64,000 nt of DNA from Candidatus Eiseniibacteriota bacterium (GTDB lineage: Bacteria; Eisenbacteria; RBG-16-71-46): positions 2,976,001 through 3,040,000 of the forward strand of contig OY970342.1 in assembly GCA_963717505.1 (NCBI GenBank), written 5' to 3'. Shown piece after piece: positions 1-12,050 of the stretch. The position numbers and the translations under genes are program-made. Numbering within the stretch: the first letter of the stretch is position 1; the number at the start of each line of letters is the position of its first letter. The notes beneath the pieces are model-generated. The model had not been told where the DNA came from. It did not search any database and was given only the letters and a program-made list of their open reading frames with translations.

Positions 1-1215
1 GCTGGCGCGCGGCCACTCGGGCGTGCCGGCCCGAGCGTGGTCGACGCGCTGCTCGCGCTGCTCGAGCGCGACGTGACGCCGGTCGTGCCGCTACAGGGCT
101 CGGTCGGCGCTTCCGGCGACCTGGCGCCGCTCGCCCACCTGGCGCGGTGCTGGTCGGCGAGGGCGAGGCGTGGCTCGGCGACCAGCGCATGCCGGCCGCA
201 CTCGCGCTGCGCGGCGCCGGGCTCCAGCCGCTCGACGCTCGAGGCCAAGGAAGGGCTGGCGCTGATCAACGGCACCCAGCTCTCGACCGCGCTTGCGGCA
301 CTCGCGTGCGCGGACGCCCGACGCGTGTGGGAGGCGGCGATCGCGGCGGCGGCGCTCTCGACCGAGGTGCTGCTCGGCTCGTTCGCGCCGGCGCGCGCCG
401 ACGTGCAGGCAGCTGCGGCCCTACCCGGGCGCGCTCGAGACCGCGCGCCGGCTGCGCGCCTACTCGCGCGGACAGCGCGCTGGTCGAGTCGCACGCCAAC
501 TGCGGCCGCGTCCAGGACGCCTACAGCCTGCGCTGCGTGCCGCAGGTGCTGGGGGCGTCCTGGGACGCGATCGCCCACGTCGCGCACCAGCTCGAGATCG
601 AGTTCAACTCGGTCAACGACAATCCGCTGGTGTTCCCCGACGACGACGAGGTGGTTTCGGCCGGCCTGTTCCACGCGCAGCCGGTCGGCGTTGGTCGCCG
701 ACTACCTGAAGATCGCGGTGGCCGAGATCGCGTCGCTCAGTCCGAGCGGCGCATCGACCGGCTGCTGTGCGGCACCGAAGGCTCGGGCTGCCGCCGGTGC
801 TGGCGGCGAGTCCCGGGTCTCGAGTCGGGCTACATGATGGCGCAGTACACGGCGGCCGCGCTGGTGTCGGAGAACAAGGTGCTGTGCGCATCCGGCGACC
901 GTGGATTCGATCCCGACCGGCGCCGGCCTCGAGGATCACGTCAGCATGGCGCCGATCGCGGCGCGCCACGCGCGCGCCGTGGTCGAGAACACCGCGCGCG
1001 TCGTGGCGCTCGAGCTGCTTGTGCGCGACTGCCGGGCGCTCGAGTTCCGCCGACCGCTCACCGCCGGCGCACGGCTCCGAGCGGCTCTACGGCGCGGTGC
1101 GGCGCCTCGTGCCCGCGCCCGAGGGCGACCGTCCGCTCGCCGAGCCTGCGAGAGCGCTCGCGCGCTGGGTGCTGTCGCCGGCGCCCGAGCGGCTCGCCGA
1201 GGAGGTGCTGGCGTC

Positions 1216-1219
<4 letters not shown>
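1..1219 (+). CDS. hutH: Histidine ammonia-lyase, 5'-truncated by window edge, multiple apparent frameshifts
   Basis: MIO-forming motif [64 protein letters not shown] and EDHVSM are spread over ORFs 37..837, 147..1523, 901..1314 and 767..1219; first gene of a hut cluster. Confidence 0.9.
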
Positions 1220-2903
<1,684 letters not shown>

Positions 2904-2914
<11 letters not shown>

Positions 2915-4225
2915 GCCGGTGGCACTGCCGTCGAGCCACGACGCCTCGGGCCGACGTGTGGCGGGACGCACCGCGTACCTCCTGCTCCACAACACCTCCG
3001 AGGTGGTGACGCCGGATCCCGAGGGCCGCGAGATCGCTGCGTCATCCCGCGCGGCGCGATCGTGTTCCGGACGGCCGCGTGCTCGAGGTCGGAGCCGCCG
3101 CGCGACCTGTTGCGCCGCCACGGCGAGGCGCGACCGATCAATGCGCAACGGCCGCCTGGTCACGCCCGGTCTGGTCGACTGCCACACGCACATGATCTTC
3201 GCCGGGCATCGCGCCGTCGAGCTCGCAGCGCCGCTGGCGGGGCGAGAGCTACGCCGCGATCGCCGCCGCGGGCGGCGGGATCCGCTCCACGGTGGCGGCC
3301 ACCGCAGCGGAACGCGACGACGTGCTCGAGAAGAGCCTGGCGAACCGGCTCGAGCGCTGGCGCGCGAACGGCTGCACCACGGTCGAGGTCAAGAGCGGCT
3401 ACGGGCTCGACGCCGGCGGCCGAGCTCCGGCTGCTCGAGCTGATGCGCGGCGCGACCCAGCGCGTGCCGGTGCGCGTCCATCGCACGGCGCTGCTGCTGC
3501 ACGCGCTGCCCGAGTCCTACGCGGGCCGGCGCGCCGAGTTCCTCGAGGAGCTGGTGACCGCGACCCTGCCCGAGATCCGCCGCCGCGAACTGGCGAGCGC
3601 GGTCGACGTGTTCTGCGAGGACGTGGCGTTCAGCGTCGACGAGTGCCGGCGCGTGCTCGCGGCGCGCGAAAGCGCTGGGCTTCGACCTCACGCTGCATGC
3701 CGACCAGCTGACCGCACGGCGGCGGCGCCCGGCTCGCCGCGGAGCTGGGGGCGCGTTCGGCCGATCATCTCGAGTGCGCGACGGCGGACGACTGGCGAGG
3801 CACTGGCCGCGGCCGGCACGGTGGGCGTCCTGTTGCCGGCGGCGGCGCTGACGCTCGGCCAGACGCTGCCGCGACGCCGAAGTGCTGCGCGGCTCGCGGC
3901 GCTCGCGTGGCGATCGCCACCGACTTCAATCCCGGCACCGCGCCCGCCCAGTCGCTGCTCGAGTGCGCCGCGCTGGCGGCGCGCTCGTGCGGCTTCACCG
4001 CCGAGGAGATGCTGCTCGGCGATCACCTGGAACGCCGCGCGCGCGCTGGGGGTGGAAGCCGAGGTCGGGCATCTCAACCCCGGCGCCTGGGCCGACGCGG
4101 TCGCCTGGGAGTGCGAGACGCTGGAGGAGCTGCCGTACTGGATGCCCGCGGTGCGGCCGGACTGCGTGTTCGTGCGCGGCGCCGATCTGGCGCTGCCCGC
4201 GCTCGAACGCCGAGTGTGGCCGTGA
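2904..4225 (+). CDS. hutI: Imidazolonepropionase, apparent frameshifts
   Basis: [11 protein letters not shown] metal motif, [19 protein letters not shown] and [10 protein letters not shown] motifs; position in hut cluster. Confidence 0.88.
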
Positions 4226-4238
4226 GGAACCGAGAACC

Positions 4239-5774
4239 ATGACCCGAATCGTCGAGTGCGTTCCCAACTTCTCCGAAGGCCGCCGCGCCGAGGTGGTCGA
4301 CGAGATCGTGCGCGCGATCTCTGCGGTTCCCGGGGTCATGTTCCTCGACCGCGAGATGGATGCCGACCACAACCGCTCGGTGTTGACCTTCGCGGGCGAG
4401 CCGGAACCGGTGATGGAGGCCGCCTTCCGCGCCGCGCGACGCGCGAGCGAGCTGATCGACCTGACCACGCATTCGGGACAGCACCCGCGCATGGGTGCCA
4501 CGGACGTCGTGCCGTTCGTACCGGTCGAGGGCGTGACGCTCGACGATTGCGCCGAGCTACGCGCGCGCGACCGGACGCCGGATCGGGGAGGAGCTCGGGA
4601 TCCCGGTGTTCCTGTACGAGGCGGCGGCCAGCCGGCCCGATCGCGTGAGCCTCGCCGACGTGCGGCGCGGCCAGTTCGAGGGCCTGCGCACGGCGATCGG
4701 CAGCGATCCGGACCGGCGTCCGGACTTCGGTCCGCCTCGCATCCACGCCACCGCCGGCGCCACCGCGGTCGGCGCCCGTCGGTTCCTGGTCGCGTTCAAC
4801 GCCAATCTCAACACCGGCGACGTGCGGGTCGCCAAGGCGATCGCGGCCGCGATCCGCGAGCAGAGCGGCGGACTCAAGAACGTGCGCGCGCTCGGATTCT
4901 CGATCGAGGGCGGGCGGCGCGCACAGGTCAGCATGAACCTGGTGAACACCGAGGCGACGCCGATTCATCGCGTGCTGGCGTTGGTTCGCGATGAGGCCGG
5001 CGCGCCACGGCGCCGCGATCTCGGGCTGCGAGGTGGTCGGGCTGATCCCCGAGTCCGCGATGCTCGATGCCGCCGAGCACGCGCTCCAGCTCGAGTGCTT
5101 TCGCCGCGATCAGGTGCTCGAGATCCGCCTGCGGCGGCCGCCGCTCAGCGGAGCCTTGAGCGTGGATCAGTTTCTGGATCGGGTGGCCGAGGGAACTCCG
5201 ACGCCGGGGGGCGGCACCGTGGCGGCGGTCGTGGGCGCACTGGCTGCAGCGCCTCGCGATCATGGTCGCGAACCTGACGATCGGGAAGAAGAAGTACGCG
5301 GCCGGCGAGCCGGTGGTGCGCGAGGCCAAGCAGCGGGCCACCGAGTTGCGGGAGATGCTGGGGCGTTTGGCCCAGCAGGACAGCGAGGCCTTCGAGGCGG
5401 TGCTTCGGGCCCGGCGGATGCCCGAGCAGCCGAGCGAGGCTGCTGCCGCGCGGACCGCCGCCATCGTTGCCGCTGAACTCGAAGCGACCCGTGTACCCCT
5501 AAGAACCGCAGAGGCTTGCCTCGAAGTAGTCGAGCTCGCCGCACGTGCTGCCCGCCACGGAAACGCGAACGCCGTGACCGACGCCGGGGTCGCCGGGCGA
5601 CTGGCCGCTGCAGCCGCCGACGGTGCCTTGCTCAACGTCCAGATCAACCTGAAGTCGCTTCCGGCCAGCGCCGATAAGGACGATATCGAAAAGGCGTTAC
5701 GTCGCCTCAGCGAGGCGATGACCGTGGCGGCCCGGGACTGCAGCGAGGTGGTGCAGGCGATCCTCACGGCCTGA
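4239..5774 (+). CDS. ftcD: Fused glutamate formimidoyltransferase / formiminotetrahydrofolate cyclodeaminase, apparent frameshifts
   Basis: IVECVPNFSEGR, DADHNRSV, HPRMGATDVVPFVP, AQVSMNL, then cyclodeaminase FLDRVAEGTPTPGGG and GNANAVTDAGVA; the domain junction lies in one frame (4991..5476). Confidence 0.88.
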
Positions 5775-5825
5775 GGGCCGGCCTGCGTCCGTCCGCTACG
5801 CGCGCCTTCCTGGAGACGGACGACA

Positions 5826-8045
5826 TTGGACAAGGCGATCGACATCAAGAGGCGTGCGCAGCGGCACATCCAGAGCGGGAACCTGGATGCCGCACTCGAA
5901 GAGTACGAGAAGCTTGCGCGCGCCGAAGAGAGCGAGCCGTACCACGCCGTCGTCATCGCCGACCTGCTCTTCAAGAAGGGCGCGGGCGGCGAAGCCACCC
6001 GCCGCTACCTCCAGGCGGTCGAAGGCTACGACGCGACCGGCCTCTACAAGAATGCGATCGCGGTGTGCAAGAAGATGGTCCGCCTCGGGCTCGCTCAGGG
6101 CATCATCTTCAAACGGCTCGCCGAACTGCATCAGCGCGACGGACTGGCGACCGAGGCCGCCCTGTTCTTCATGCAGTATGCCGAGTACGCGTTCAAGATC
6201 GGCGATGGCAAAGCGGCTGCCGACTCATTGGCGGCAGCCTACGAAGCGTCGCCCGAGAACATTGGTGCGCTCGAACGCCTGGCCGACATCCAGCTCTCGG
6301 AGGGAGACCGTGCCTCGAGTCGCGCGACCCTCGAACGCACGATTGAAGCCTACGAACGCCAGGGGATGCTGGTAGAAGCCAATCGCTGCCGTGCGAGATT
6401 GAATTCCTTCACCCCGACCGCAACCGGAGCGGACGCCAAGGGCAAGCCAACGGCAAGGAATTCGACCAAGCCTGATTCGGGCCCGATGCGCCGCCCACCG
6501 ACCCTGTCGCGGGATCGCGGTGTCGAGGTGCGCGAAAGCACGAAGGAACCGGACGCCCCGCGACCGGCCGCGGCCCCGCCGACTCCGGCCGCGATCGAGC
6601 GACCGGATTTTGGGCTCGACGGCGATCATCCGCTCGGCTCGGCTTCGGACCTCGGTGTCGAGCGCGCCGCGACGTTCAACGCACCCAGCGATGTCGAAAG
6701 CTTGATCGATCGCAACGTGGCTCCGATCGAACCGGCGCGCGAAGACGAGCCGCCTGAGGTGGTGTTCGAGGTCGATCCCTCAGCCTCCATCCTGGAGGAA
6801 CCAGCGCCGCCGATCGAAGCGCCCGCCGCACCCCCGCCCCCGATGCCCGTGGTTGCCGCGCCGCGGGTCGCTCCGCCTGCGCCCCCGGCGACACCACCAC
6901 CGGTCGCTGTACCGCCTGCGCAGTCGGCACCGCCGATCCCGATGGGGCCCCCGAGTCCGCCCCCGGCTCCGGTAGCGCCGCCGGCTGCGACCGCCGCGCC
7001 CTCGTCGTTCCCGGCGCCACCACCCCTGTCGCCGCCGCCGAACACGGGCGCACGGCCGGGTCTCAAGTTCGAGGGAACGACGGAAGGTGCGGGCACGGAT
7101 CTCGAGGAGTTGTTCCGGGGATTGGTGCCCGACGCGATGGCCCACCCCGAAGCGATGCAGTTCCTGCTCCAGGCTCGGCAGCAACAGCGCTCCAACGACC
7201 TGACCGGTGCCGCCGCCCACATGCTCAAGGTTGCCGAAGTGCACGACCTGGCCGGCAACTTCGAAGCGGCGGCGCGCGTCTTCAGGGCGCTCGAGCACAT
7301 GACGACGCTGACCCCGGCCCAACTCGTTCTGTGGTTCGAGAACGCCGGGCGGCGCGGCGACGCCCCGGAAGCCGCGCGCATCGCCTGCCAGATGGGCGAT
7401 CGCGCCTTGCAGGGCGCCGAGCCCGCGTTCGCGCGGGATTGGTTCCAGCGCGCGGCGAGTCTGGATCCCAACAGCACGGTGGCCCAGGACCGGCTGAGGG
7501 AGCTGGCCACGGGTCGCGCGATCCTGGGCAGCTCGGCGCCGCCCTCGAGCGACGAAACCGTGCTCGATCCGTTCAAGCTCGACATCATCTATGGAGTCGG
7601 AGAGGTTCAAATCCCGCTCGACGAAATCGTCGACCGGTTCCAGGCGGGGGTCCAGGACCAGGTTTCCGACGACGCCGAAAGCCAGTACGCTCTGGGCGTG
7701 AGCTTCCTCGAGATGGGACTTCCGGAGCAGGCCATGGAGGCATTGCGTGCGGCGGCGAAGAGTCCGCCGATGCGCGGTCGTGCCTCCGAGCTGGTCGGAC
7801 GCTGCTTGATGGATCTGGGTCGCTTCGAAGAAGCCGTGACCGAGTTCCGCACGACGCTGGCGGATCCCAAGCTCGATCCCGGCACCATGCTCGGCGTGCG
7901 CTTCGAGCTCGGCCTGGCGCTCGAGGCTGCGGGTCGCTTCGACGAGGCGCTTGCCGAGTTCGAGCGCGTGCACCAGGCCCGACCCAGCTATCCGGAGGCT
8001 GCGACCAAGATCCGCTCGCTCCGTCAGTCCCTGGAGAGCCGGTGA
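5826..8045 (+). CDS. TPR-repeat protein with long Pro-rich linker
   Basis: Intact 739-aa ORF; N-terminal TPR-like helices, central PAPP-rich segment, C-terminal TPRs (QYALGVSFLEMGLPEQAM, RFELGLALEAAGRFDEAL); GGAG upstream of the TTG start. Confidence 0.8.
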   Translation: MDKAIDIKRRAQRHIQSGNLDAALEEYEKLARAEESEPYHAVVIADLLFKKGAGGEATRRYLQAVEGYDATGLYKNAIAVCKKMVRLGLAQGIIFKRLAELHQRDGLATEAALFFMQYAEYAFKIGDGKAAADSLAAAYEASPENIGALERLADIQLSEGDRASSRATLERTIEAYERQGMLVEANRCRARLNSFTPTATGADAKGKPTARNSTKPDSGPMRRPPTLSRDRGVEVRESTKEPDAPRPAAAPPTPAAIERPDFGLDGDHPLGSASDLGVERAATFNAPSDVESLIDRNVAPIEPAREDEPPEVVFEVDPSASILEEPAPPIEAPAAPPPPMPVVAAPRVAPPAPPATPPPVAVPPAQSAPPIPMGPPSPPPAPVAPPAATAAPSSFPAPPPLSPPPNTGARPGLKFEGTTEGAGTDLEELFRGLVPDAMAHPEAMQFLLQARQQQRSNDLTGAAAHMLKVAEVHDLAGNFEAAARVFRALEHMTTLTPAQLVLWFENAGRRGDAPEAARIACQMGDRALQGAEPAFARDWFQRAASLDPNSTVAQDRLRELATGRAILGSSAPPSSDETVLDPFKLDIIYGVGEVQIPLDEIVDRFQAGVQDQVSDDAESQYALGVSFLEMGLPEQAMEALRAAAKSPPMRGRASELVGRCLMDLGRFEEAVTEFRTTLADPKLDPGTMLGVRFELGLALEAAGRFDEALAEFERVHQARPSYPEAATKIRSLRQSLESR

Positions 8046-8890
8046 GGGGCTCGTGGGACGGCCGCTCCGGCGGCCGTCGTGTCGACCTCCATACCCACAC
8101 GAACTTCAGCGACGGAACGCTCGAGCCGGCCGCCCTGGTCGGACGGGCCCTGCAGCGCGGCCTGGTCGCGATCGCGATTACCGATCACGACGTGGTCGAG
8201 GGGATTCCCGCCGCGCGCACCGCCGCCGGCACCGGACTCGAAGTGGTTGCAGCGGTGGAGATCTCGTCGACCTTCGATGGCGAGGAGCTGCACATCCTCG
8301 GTTACTACATCGATACCGAAGATGCGTCCTTGCTCGACCGACTGGTCGGGTTTCGCGACGACCGCTGGCAACGAGCGTTGGAAATGGTCGAACGTCTCGG
8401 GCGTCTCGGCGTTCCGGTCGAAGCGAGCCGCGTGCAGGCGCTGGCCGGGCCCGGGGTCGTTGGACGGCCGCACATCGCCGGCGCGTTGGTCGAAGCGGGG
8501 CATGCTTCGAGCATCGAAGATGCATTCCGGCGCTACATCGGTTCTCAGGGCGCCGCGTTCGTTTCGCGACCGCGCTTCGATTCCACCGAGGCCATCGGTC
8601 TGATCCATGGCGCGGGCGGGGTCAGCGTCCTGGCGCACGCGGGAGGGACGTTCGACGCCGCGCGTCTCGGACGACTGGTGGACGCGGGTCTCCGCGGCAT
8701 CGAAATCTGGCATCCGCACCATGGCGTGGCGGCGGTGCGCCGGCTGCGCGAGCTGGCGCGCGAACACGACTTGATCGAGACCGGCGGTTCCGACTACCAC
8801 GGTCCGGGCCGTGGCGCCGAACTGGGCGACCTGCCGGTGCCGCCCGCGGTGTTGCAGGACCTGAAAGACGCTGCCGGCGTCGCCGGCTGA
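8042..8890 (+). CDS. PHP-domain phosphoesterase (TrpH/YciV-like)
   Basis: DLHTHTNFSDG, AITDHD, ELHILGY, GRPHIA and GGSDYHG motifs; GTG at 8042 overlaps the upstream stop. Confidence 0.88.
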   Translation: MRGSWDGRSGGRRVDLHTHTNFSDGTLEPAALVGRALQRGLVAIAITDHDVVEGIPAARTAAGTGLEVVAAVEISSTFDGEELHILGYYIDTEDASLLDRLVGFRDDRWQRALEMVERLGRLGVPVEASRVQALAGPGVVGRPHIAGALVEAGHASSIEDAFRRYIGSQGAAFVSRPRFDSTEAIGLIHGAGGVSVLAHAGGTFDAARLGRLVDAGLRGIEIWHPHHGVAAVRRLRELAREHDLIETGGSDYHGPGRGAELGDLPVPPAVLQDLKDAAGVAG

Positions 8891-9034
8891 GGGCCGGAAC
8901 GGCAGGAGCCGTGAGCGGCGAGTCGGAGACGCGCGGAGCCATGGACGGCGGAGCGCGTCGAGGCCTCAGCGAGGCGGAGCAGGAAGCGCAGCCGAGCGTG
9001 CCGCAAGTGGCTCCTACCGTTCCGGCCCTCAGCC
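8885..9034. repeat. 150-nt palindromic element with 26-bp terminal inverted repeats
   Basis: GGCTGAGGGCCGGAACGGCAGGAGCC (8885-8910) pairs with GGCTCCTACCGTTCCGGCCCTCAGCC (9009-9034), one mismatch; inner GACGCGC/GCGCGTC stem. Confidence 0.75.
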
Positions 9035-9053
9035 TCGGCTCGCGCTCGCGTCG

Positions 9054-9083
9054 TTGACTTCGCGCAATCCCGGTCGTTACTCT
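9054..9083 (+). promoter_or_regulatory. Candidate sigma70 promoter for the S-component/barrel genes
   Basis: TTGACT (9054-9059), 18-nt spacer, TACTCT (9078-9083). Confidence 0.45.
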
Positions 9084-9142
9084 TCGCAACGCTCCGCTCC
9101 CGCCCACGACCCCGCACGGAGGCACGGTCCCCACGCGCCCGA

Positions 9143-9667
9143 ATGTCCGCCCGCCGACTGTCGTATGTCGCCCTCATGGTGGCGATGGGACTGACGGGCG
9201 CCTACGCCGAGACCATCCCGAACTTCGAGTTGATGACCCTGATCGTATTCGGATCGGGCTCGCTGCTCGGCGTACGCGATGGCGTCGCGGTGGGTGCCGT
9301 GACCATGCTCCTGTATTCGTCGCTGAACCCGTATGGCGCGGCGCATCCGCTGGTGACCGCGTCTCAAATGGCCGGGACCGCCTTGGCCGGTGCGGCGGGT
9401 GGAGTCTGCGCGCGAGCGTCGGTGAGCCGTCTGCCGATCCCGGCGCGGGCGGCGGTGCTCGCGGTCGTGGGGGCTATGGTGACGTTGCTGTTCGACCTGA
9501 TCACGAACCTCGCGACCGGCATCCTGTTCGGCCAGATCGGAGCCGCACTGCTCGGCGGGCTGATGTTCTCCCTGTGGCACGTGGCCACCAACGCGATCCT
9601 GTTCGCGGCGGTCGGAGCGCCTTTGCTGGGTGCGCTCGAGCCCTATCGGTCGCGACTCTCGTCCTGA
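9143..9667 (+). CDS. ECF transporter S-component-like membrane protein (CbrT-like, substrate uncertain)
   Basis: 174 aa with about 6 hydrophobic segments; IPNFELMTLIVFGSG and LNPYG resemble S-component families. Confidence 0.65.
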   Translation: MSARRLSYVALMVAMGLTGAYAETIPNFELMTLIVFGSGSLLGVRDGVAVGAVTMLLYSSLNPYGAAHPLVTASQMAGTALAGAAGGVCARASVSRLPIPARAAVLAVVGAMVTLLFDLITNLATGILFGQIGAALLGGLMFSLWHVATNAILFAAVGAPLLGALEPYRSRLSS

Positions 9668-11355
9668 TCCTGGGGGTGCCGGCGCACGCTCAAGCACCCG
9701 ACGCCGGCCCGCACGATCTCATGTCGTCCACCTACCCGGATCTTCTGGCCTGGTGGTCCGAGCCGGGTCGCGCCGGAATGACGGACATGGCGTGGCTCCA
9801 GTCCGGCTTCGCGCCGCGCTGGGCCGGTTTCCTGGTCGGGGGTTGGACGCGCGACGAGCCGGACCGCGTACCGCAGTCCTCCGCGGAGCCATGGATGCTG
9901 GGCGCGGGGCCGATGCTCGCGGGGTACGACTCGGTGGCGTTCGAGCTCGGCGGGCGCGCGGCGCGCGACGGTTTCGCTTCGGGGCTGGCGCGCGCGCAGT
10001 CGATTCCGCTGCCGCGCACCGATCCCAGGATTCGAAGCATCGTCCATCTCGGGGGCGGTGTATTCGCCTACGACGCGAACGCGCTCACGGTCGAACGCGG
10101 CGACTCGACCGGGTTCCTGCGCGGCGAGATCGTCGAGGTCTCGCACGGCTCCAACGGAACTCTCGACCGCTCGGGGTTTCACAGCTATGAAGTCGCGGGG
10201 GCGTGGACCCTCCGCGGCACGCGCGTCGACGCAGGATTCAGCCACCGCGGCACCGCCATGTCGGTGTCGGGCGGCGAGGAGCAGGCGGGCAAGGCCGAGT
10301 CGGGTTACGCCACACTCGAGCGCAGCTTCGGACGCACGCGCATCCGCGCCGGTTTCGAACGAGGCTACGACGGACGCGAGAGCTTCGGCGGATTTCGCAC
10401 CTATTCGCGTCGTGACGCCGACGCGACTACCGGAAGCCTGATCGCCTCGATGCCGCTGGGCCGAGCCAGTATCGAGGCCACGGTGCGCGTCGGCCGGACC
10501 GAGGTGCGGCGTTCGGGCGACGAGGTGTTCGACGACTCGGCCGGCTGGGGTTGGGGATCCGTCGCTGCGACGCTGCCGCTCGGTCCGGGCACGGCCGAGG
10601 TCACCGCCGGAGCCGGCAGGCATCAGCCGTTCACCAACATCGAGCCGTCACTCTCGGCGTTCTATCGCCTGGGTTTCGGACGCTATCGAGCGCGGTTCGG
10701 TGCCGAGCGGCTGGTGCGAGCCGTATGGACCGATCTCGGCGCCGGCGAGGCGCCATTCCTGCAATCGACCTGGGCTGGAATCGTGTCGTTGTCGCGGGAA
10801 GGCGACGCCACCCGGTTGCGTGCCTATGCGACCGCGGGACAGTGCCGGGACCGGGCCCTGGTCGCGAACGAGCCGATCGAGGATCTGTGGCTGCGAGACG
10901 GGATGTTCCGCGATCCCGAGTCCTACCAGTTCCTGGTCTCGGGGGCTGAAGGCGAGTGGCGGATCGGTCGGTGGAGCCTGGCCGGCGAGGGATTCGTGTT
11001 CACCACCAACGACGAATCCGAGCAGCCGCGATTCGACCCCGACGCCGGCGGCCGAGCCGAGGTCGCCTATCGGACCACGTTCTTCGGCGGAGATCTGGGC
11101 TTCAAGGCGCGCGCCGGTGTCGAGTTCGTGGGTCGGCGTGAGAGCCTGATTTTCGACCTGCGGTCCCTGCCCGGCTACGCGACCAGCCAGGCGGGCATCT
11201 CGCTGACTCTGGTCGATGCGACCGTCGCGTTCCTGGTGCGGAACCTCGAGGACCAGCGCCACGAATTGCCTTGGCTCGACACGGCGTCGCTCTCCGAGGC
11301 CCTGAGCAGCGGGCGGGAATGGCGGCTGTTTCTGACCCTGCGTTTGTCCAACTGA
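9574..11355 (+). CDS. Outer-membrane beta-barrel, TonB-dependent-receptor-like / putative porin (start uncertain)
   Basis: Signal-like VATLVLILGVPAHA-Q, alternating amphipathic beta strands, C-terminal VRNLEDQRHE...GREWRLFLTLRL typical of TBDR-like barrels. Confidence 0.6.
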   Translation: MARGHQRDPVRGGRSAFAGCARALSVATLVLILGVPAHAQAPDAGPHDLMSSTYPDLLAWWSEPGRAGMTDMAWLQSGFAPRWAGFLVGGWTRDEPDRVPQSSAEPWMLGAGPMLAGYDSVAFELGGRAARDGFASGLARAQSIPLPRTDPRIRSIVHLGGGVFAYDANALTVERGDSTGFLRGEIVEVSHGSNGTLDRSGFHSYEVAGAWTLRGTRVDAGFSHRGTAMSVSGGEEQAGKAESGYATLERSFGRTRIRAGFERGYDGRESFGGFRTYSRRDADATTGSLIASMPLGRASIEATVRVGRTEVRRSGDEVFDDSAGWGWGSVAATLPLGPGTAEVTAGAGRHQPFTNIEPSLSAFYRLGFGRYRARFGAERLVRAVWTDLGAGEAPFLQSTWAGIVSLSREGDATRLRAYATAGQCRDRALVANEPIEDLWLRDGMFRDPESYQFLVSGAEGEWRIGRWSLAGEGFVFTTNDESEQPRFDPDAGGRAEVAYRTTFFGGDLGFKARAGVEFVGRRESLIFDLRSLPGYATSQAGISLTLVDATVAFLVRNLEDQRHELPWLDTASLSEALSSGREWRLFLTLRLSN

Positions 11356-11427
11356 CACCCCCGCCCCCGGCGGGAGCACGCTCTGGAATTCAGTCCGACC
11401 CCGTCCGAACGACGGGGGATCGCAATC

Positions 11428-11871
11428 GTGCTCATACTTTTGGCGGTCGGCGCGGGCTGGGACCTCCATCGGGCCGCCGAAGTCGGTCGCGCGCCGCGGG
11501 GTGGAAGCCCAGGGGGCGACTCCCTGGCGATTCCGGTCGAGCCAGTGCCGGCTGAGGTGGATTCCCTGGGGCCAGGACCGCCTCCTAAGTCCTCTCCGGC
11601 CGTCGATCTCAATCGGGCTTCGGTCGCCGAACTCGACGCCCTGCCGGGTATCGGACCGATCCTGGCCCGCCGGATCCGGGAGCACCGCGATCGTCACGGC
11701 CCATTTGGCTCGGTCGACGAGCTGAGGGCGGTCCCCGGGATCGGTCCGGCCCTGTTGCGCCGGTTGCGCGGGCTGGTGCGAACCGATCGACCGGCCGACA
11801 AACCCGAAGCCGGTCGTGCGGATCGCAAGGAACCTCAGGGCGGCCTCGATCCGCTTTTCCTCTCACGATAG
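11428..11871 (+). CDS. comEA: ComEA-family helix-hairpin-helix DNA-binding protein
   Basis: VDLNRASVAELDALPGIGPILARRI...GPFGSVDELRAVPGIGP double HhH; hydrophobic N-terminus. Confidence 0.85.
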   Translation: MLILLAVGAGWDLHRAAEVGRAPRGGSPGGDSLAIPVEPVPAEVDSLGPGPPPKSSPAVDLNRASVAELDALPGIGPILARRIREHRDRHGPFGSVDELRAVPGIGPALLRRLRGLVRTDRPADKPEAGRADRKEPQGGLDPLFLSR

Positions 11872-12050
11872 ACCGGAAAGCTTCCGATACCCGCCGTGAC
11901 CCGGGCTGCCTGCACGTTGCAGCCCGCACGCTGGTTCGAAGCGCAAGACCGGTGCTGCGGGACGCGAGGGCGTGCGCGAGCCCGGAATCGACCTGCCCGC
12001 CGGATGTCCTCGGCGGGACGAATCCATTCCTCACGAGAACGAGAACGCGC

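Noticed and set aside
6780-7050. Repetitive CCG-rich DNA here and at 24320-25000 as a repeat or CRISPR-like array
   Set aside because: Explained by Pro/Ala-rich coding sequence; no fixed-length repeat-spacer periodicity seen anywhere in the window.
8960-8995. GGAGCAGGAAGCGCAGCC resembling SRP RNA domain IV
   Set aside because: Lacks the CAGG-stem-GGAA-stem-AGCAG geometry of SRP RNA.
8891-9142. Cobalamin riboswitch expected before the S-component/barrel pair
   Set aside because: No GGGAA...GGTG.AA.TCC, GCCACTG or B12-box sequence found.
11872-12050. Short hairpins upstream of pilB (CGGGCTGC/GCAGCCCG, CCCGCCG/CGGCGGG)
   Set aside because: Stems of 7-8 bp are expected by chance at this GC content and match no motif I recognise.
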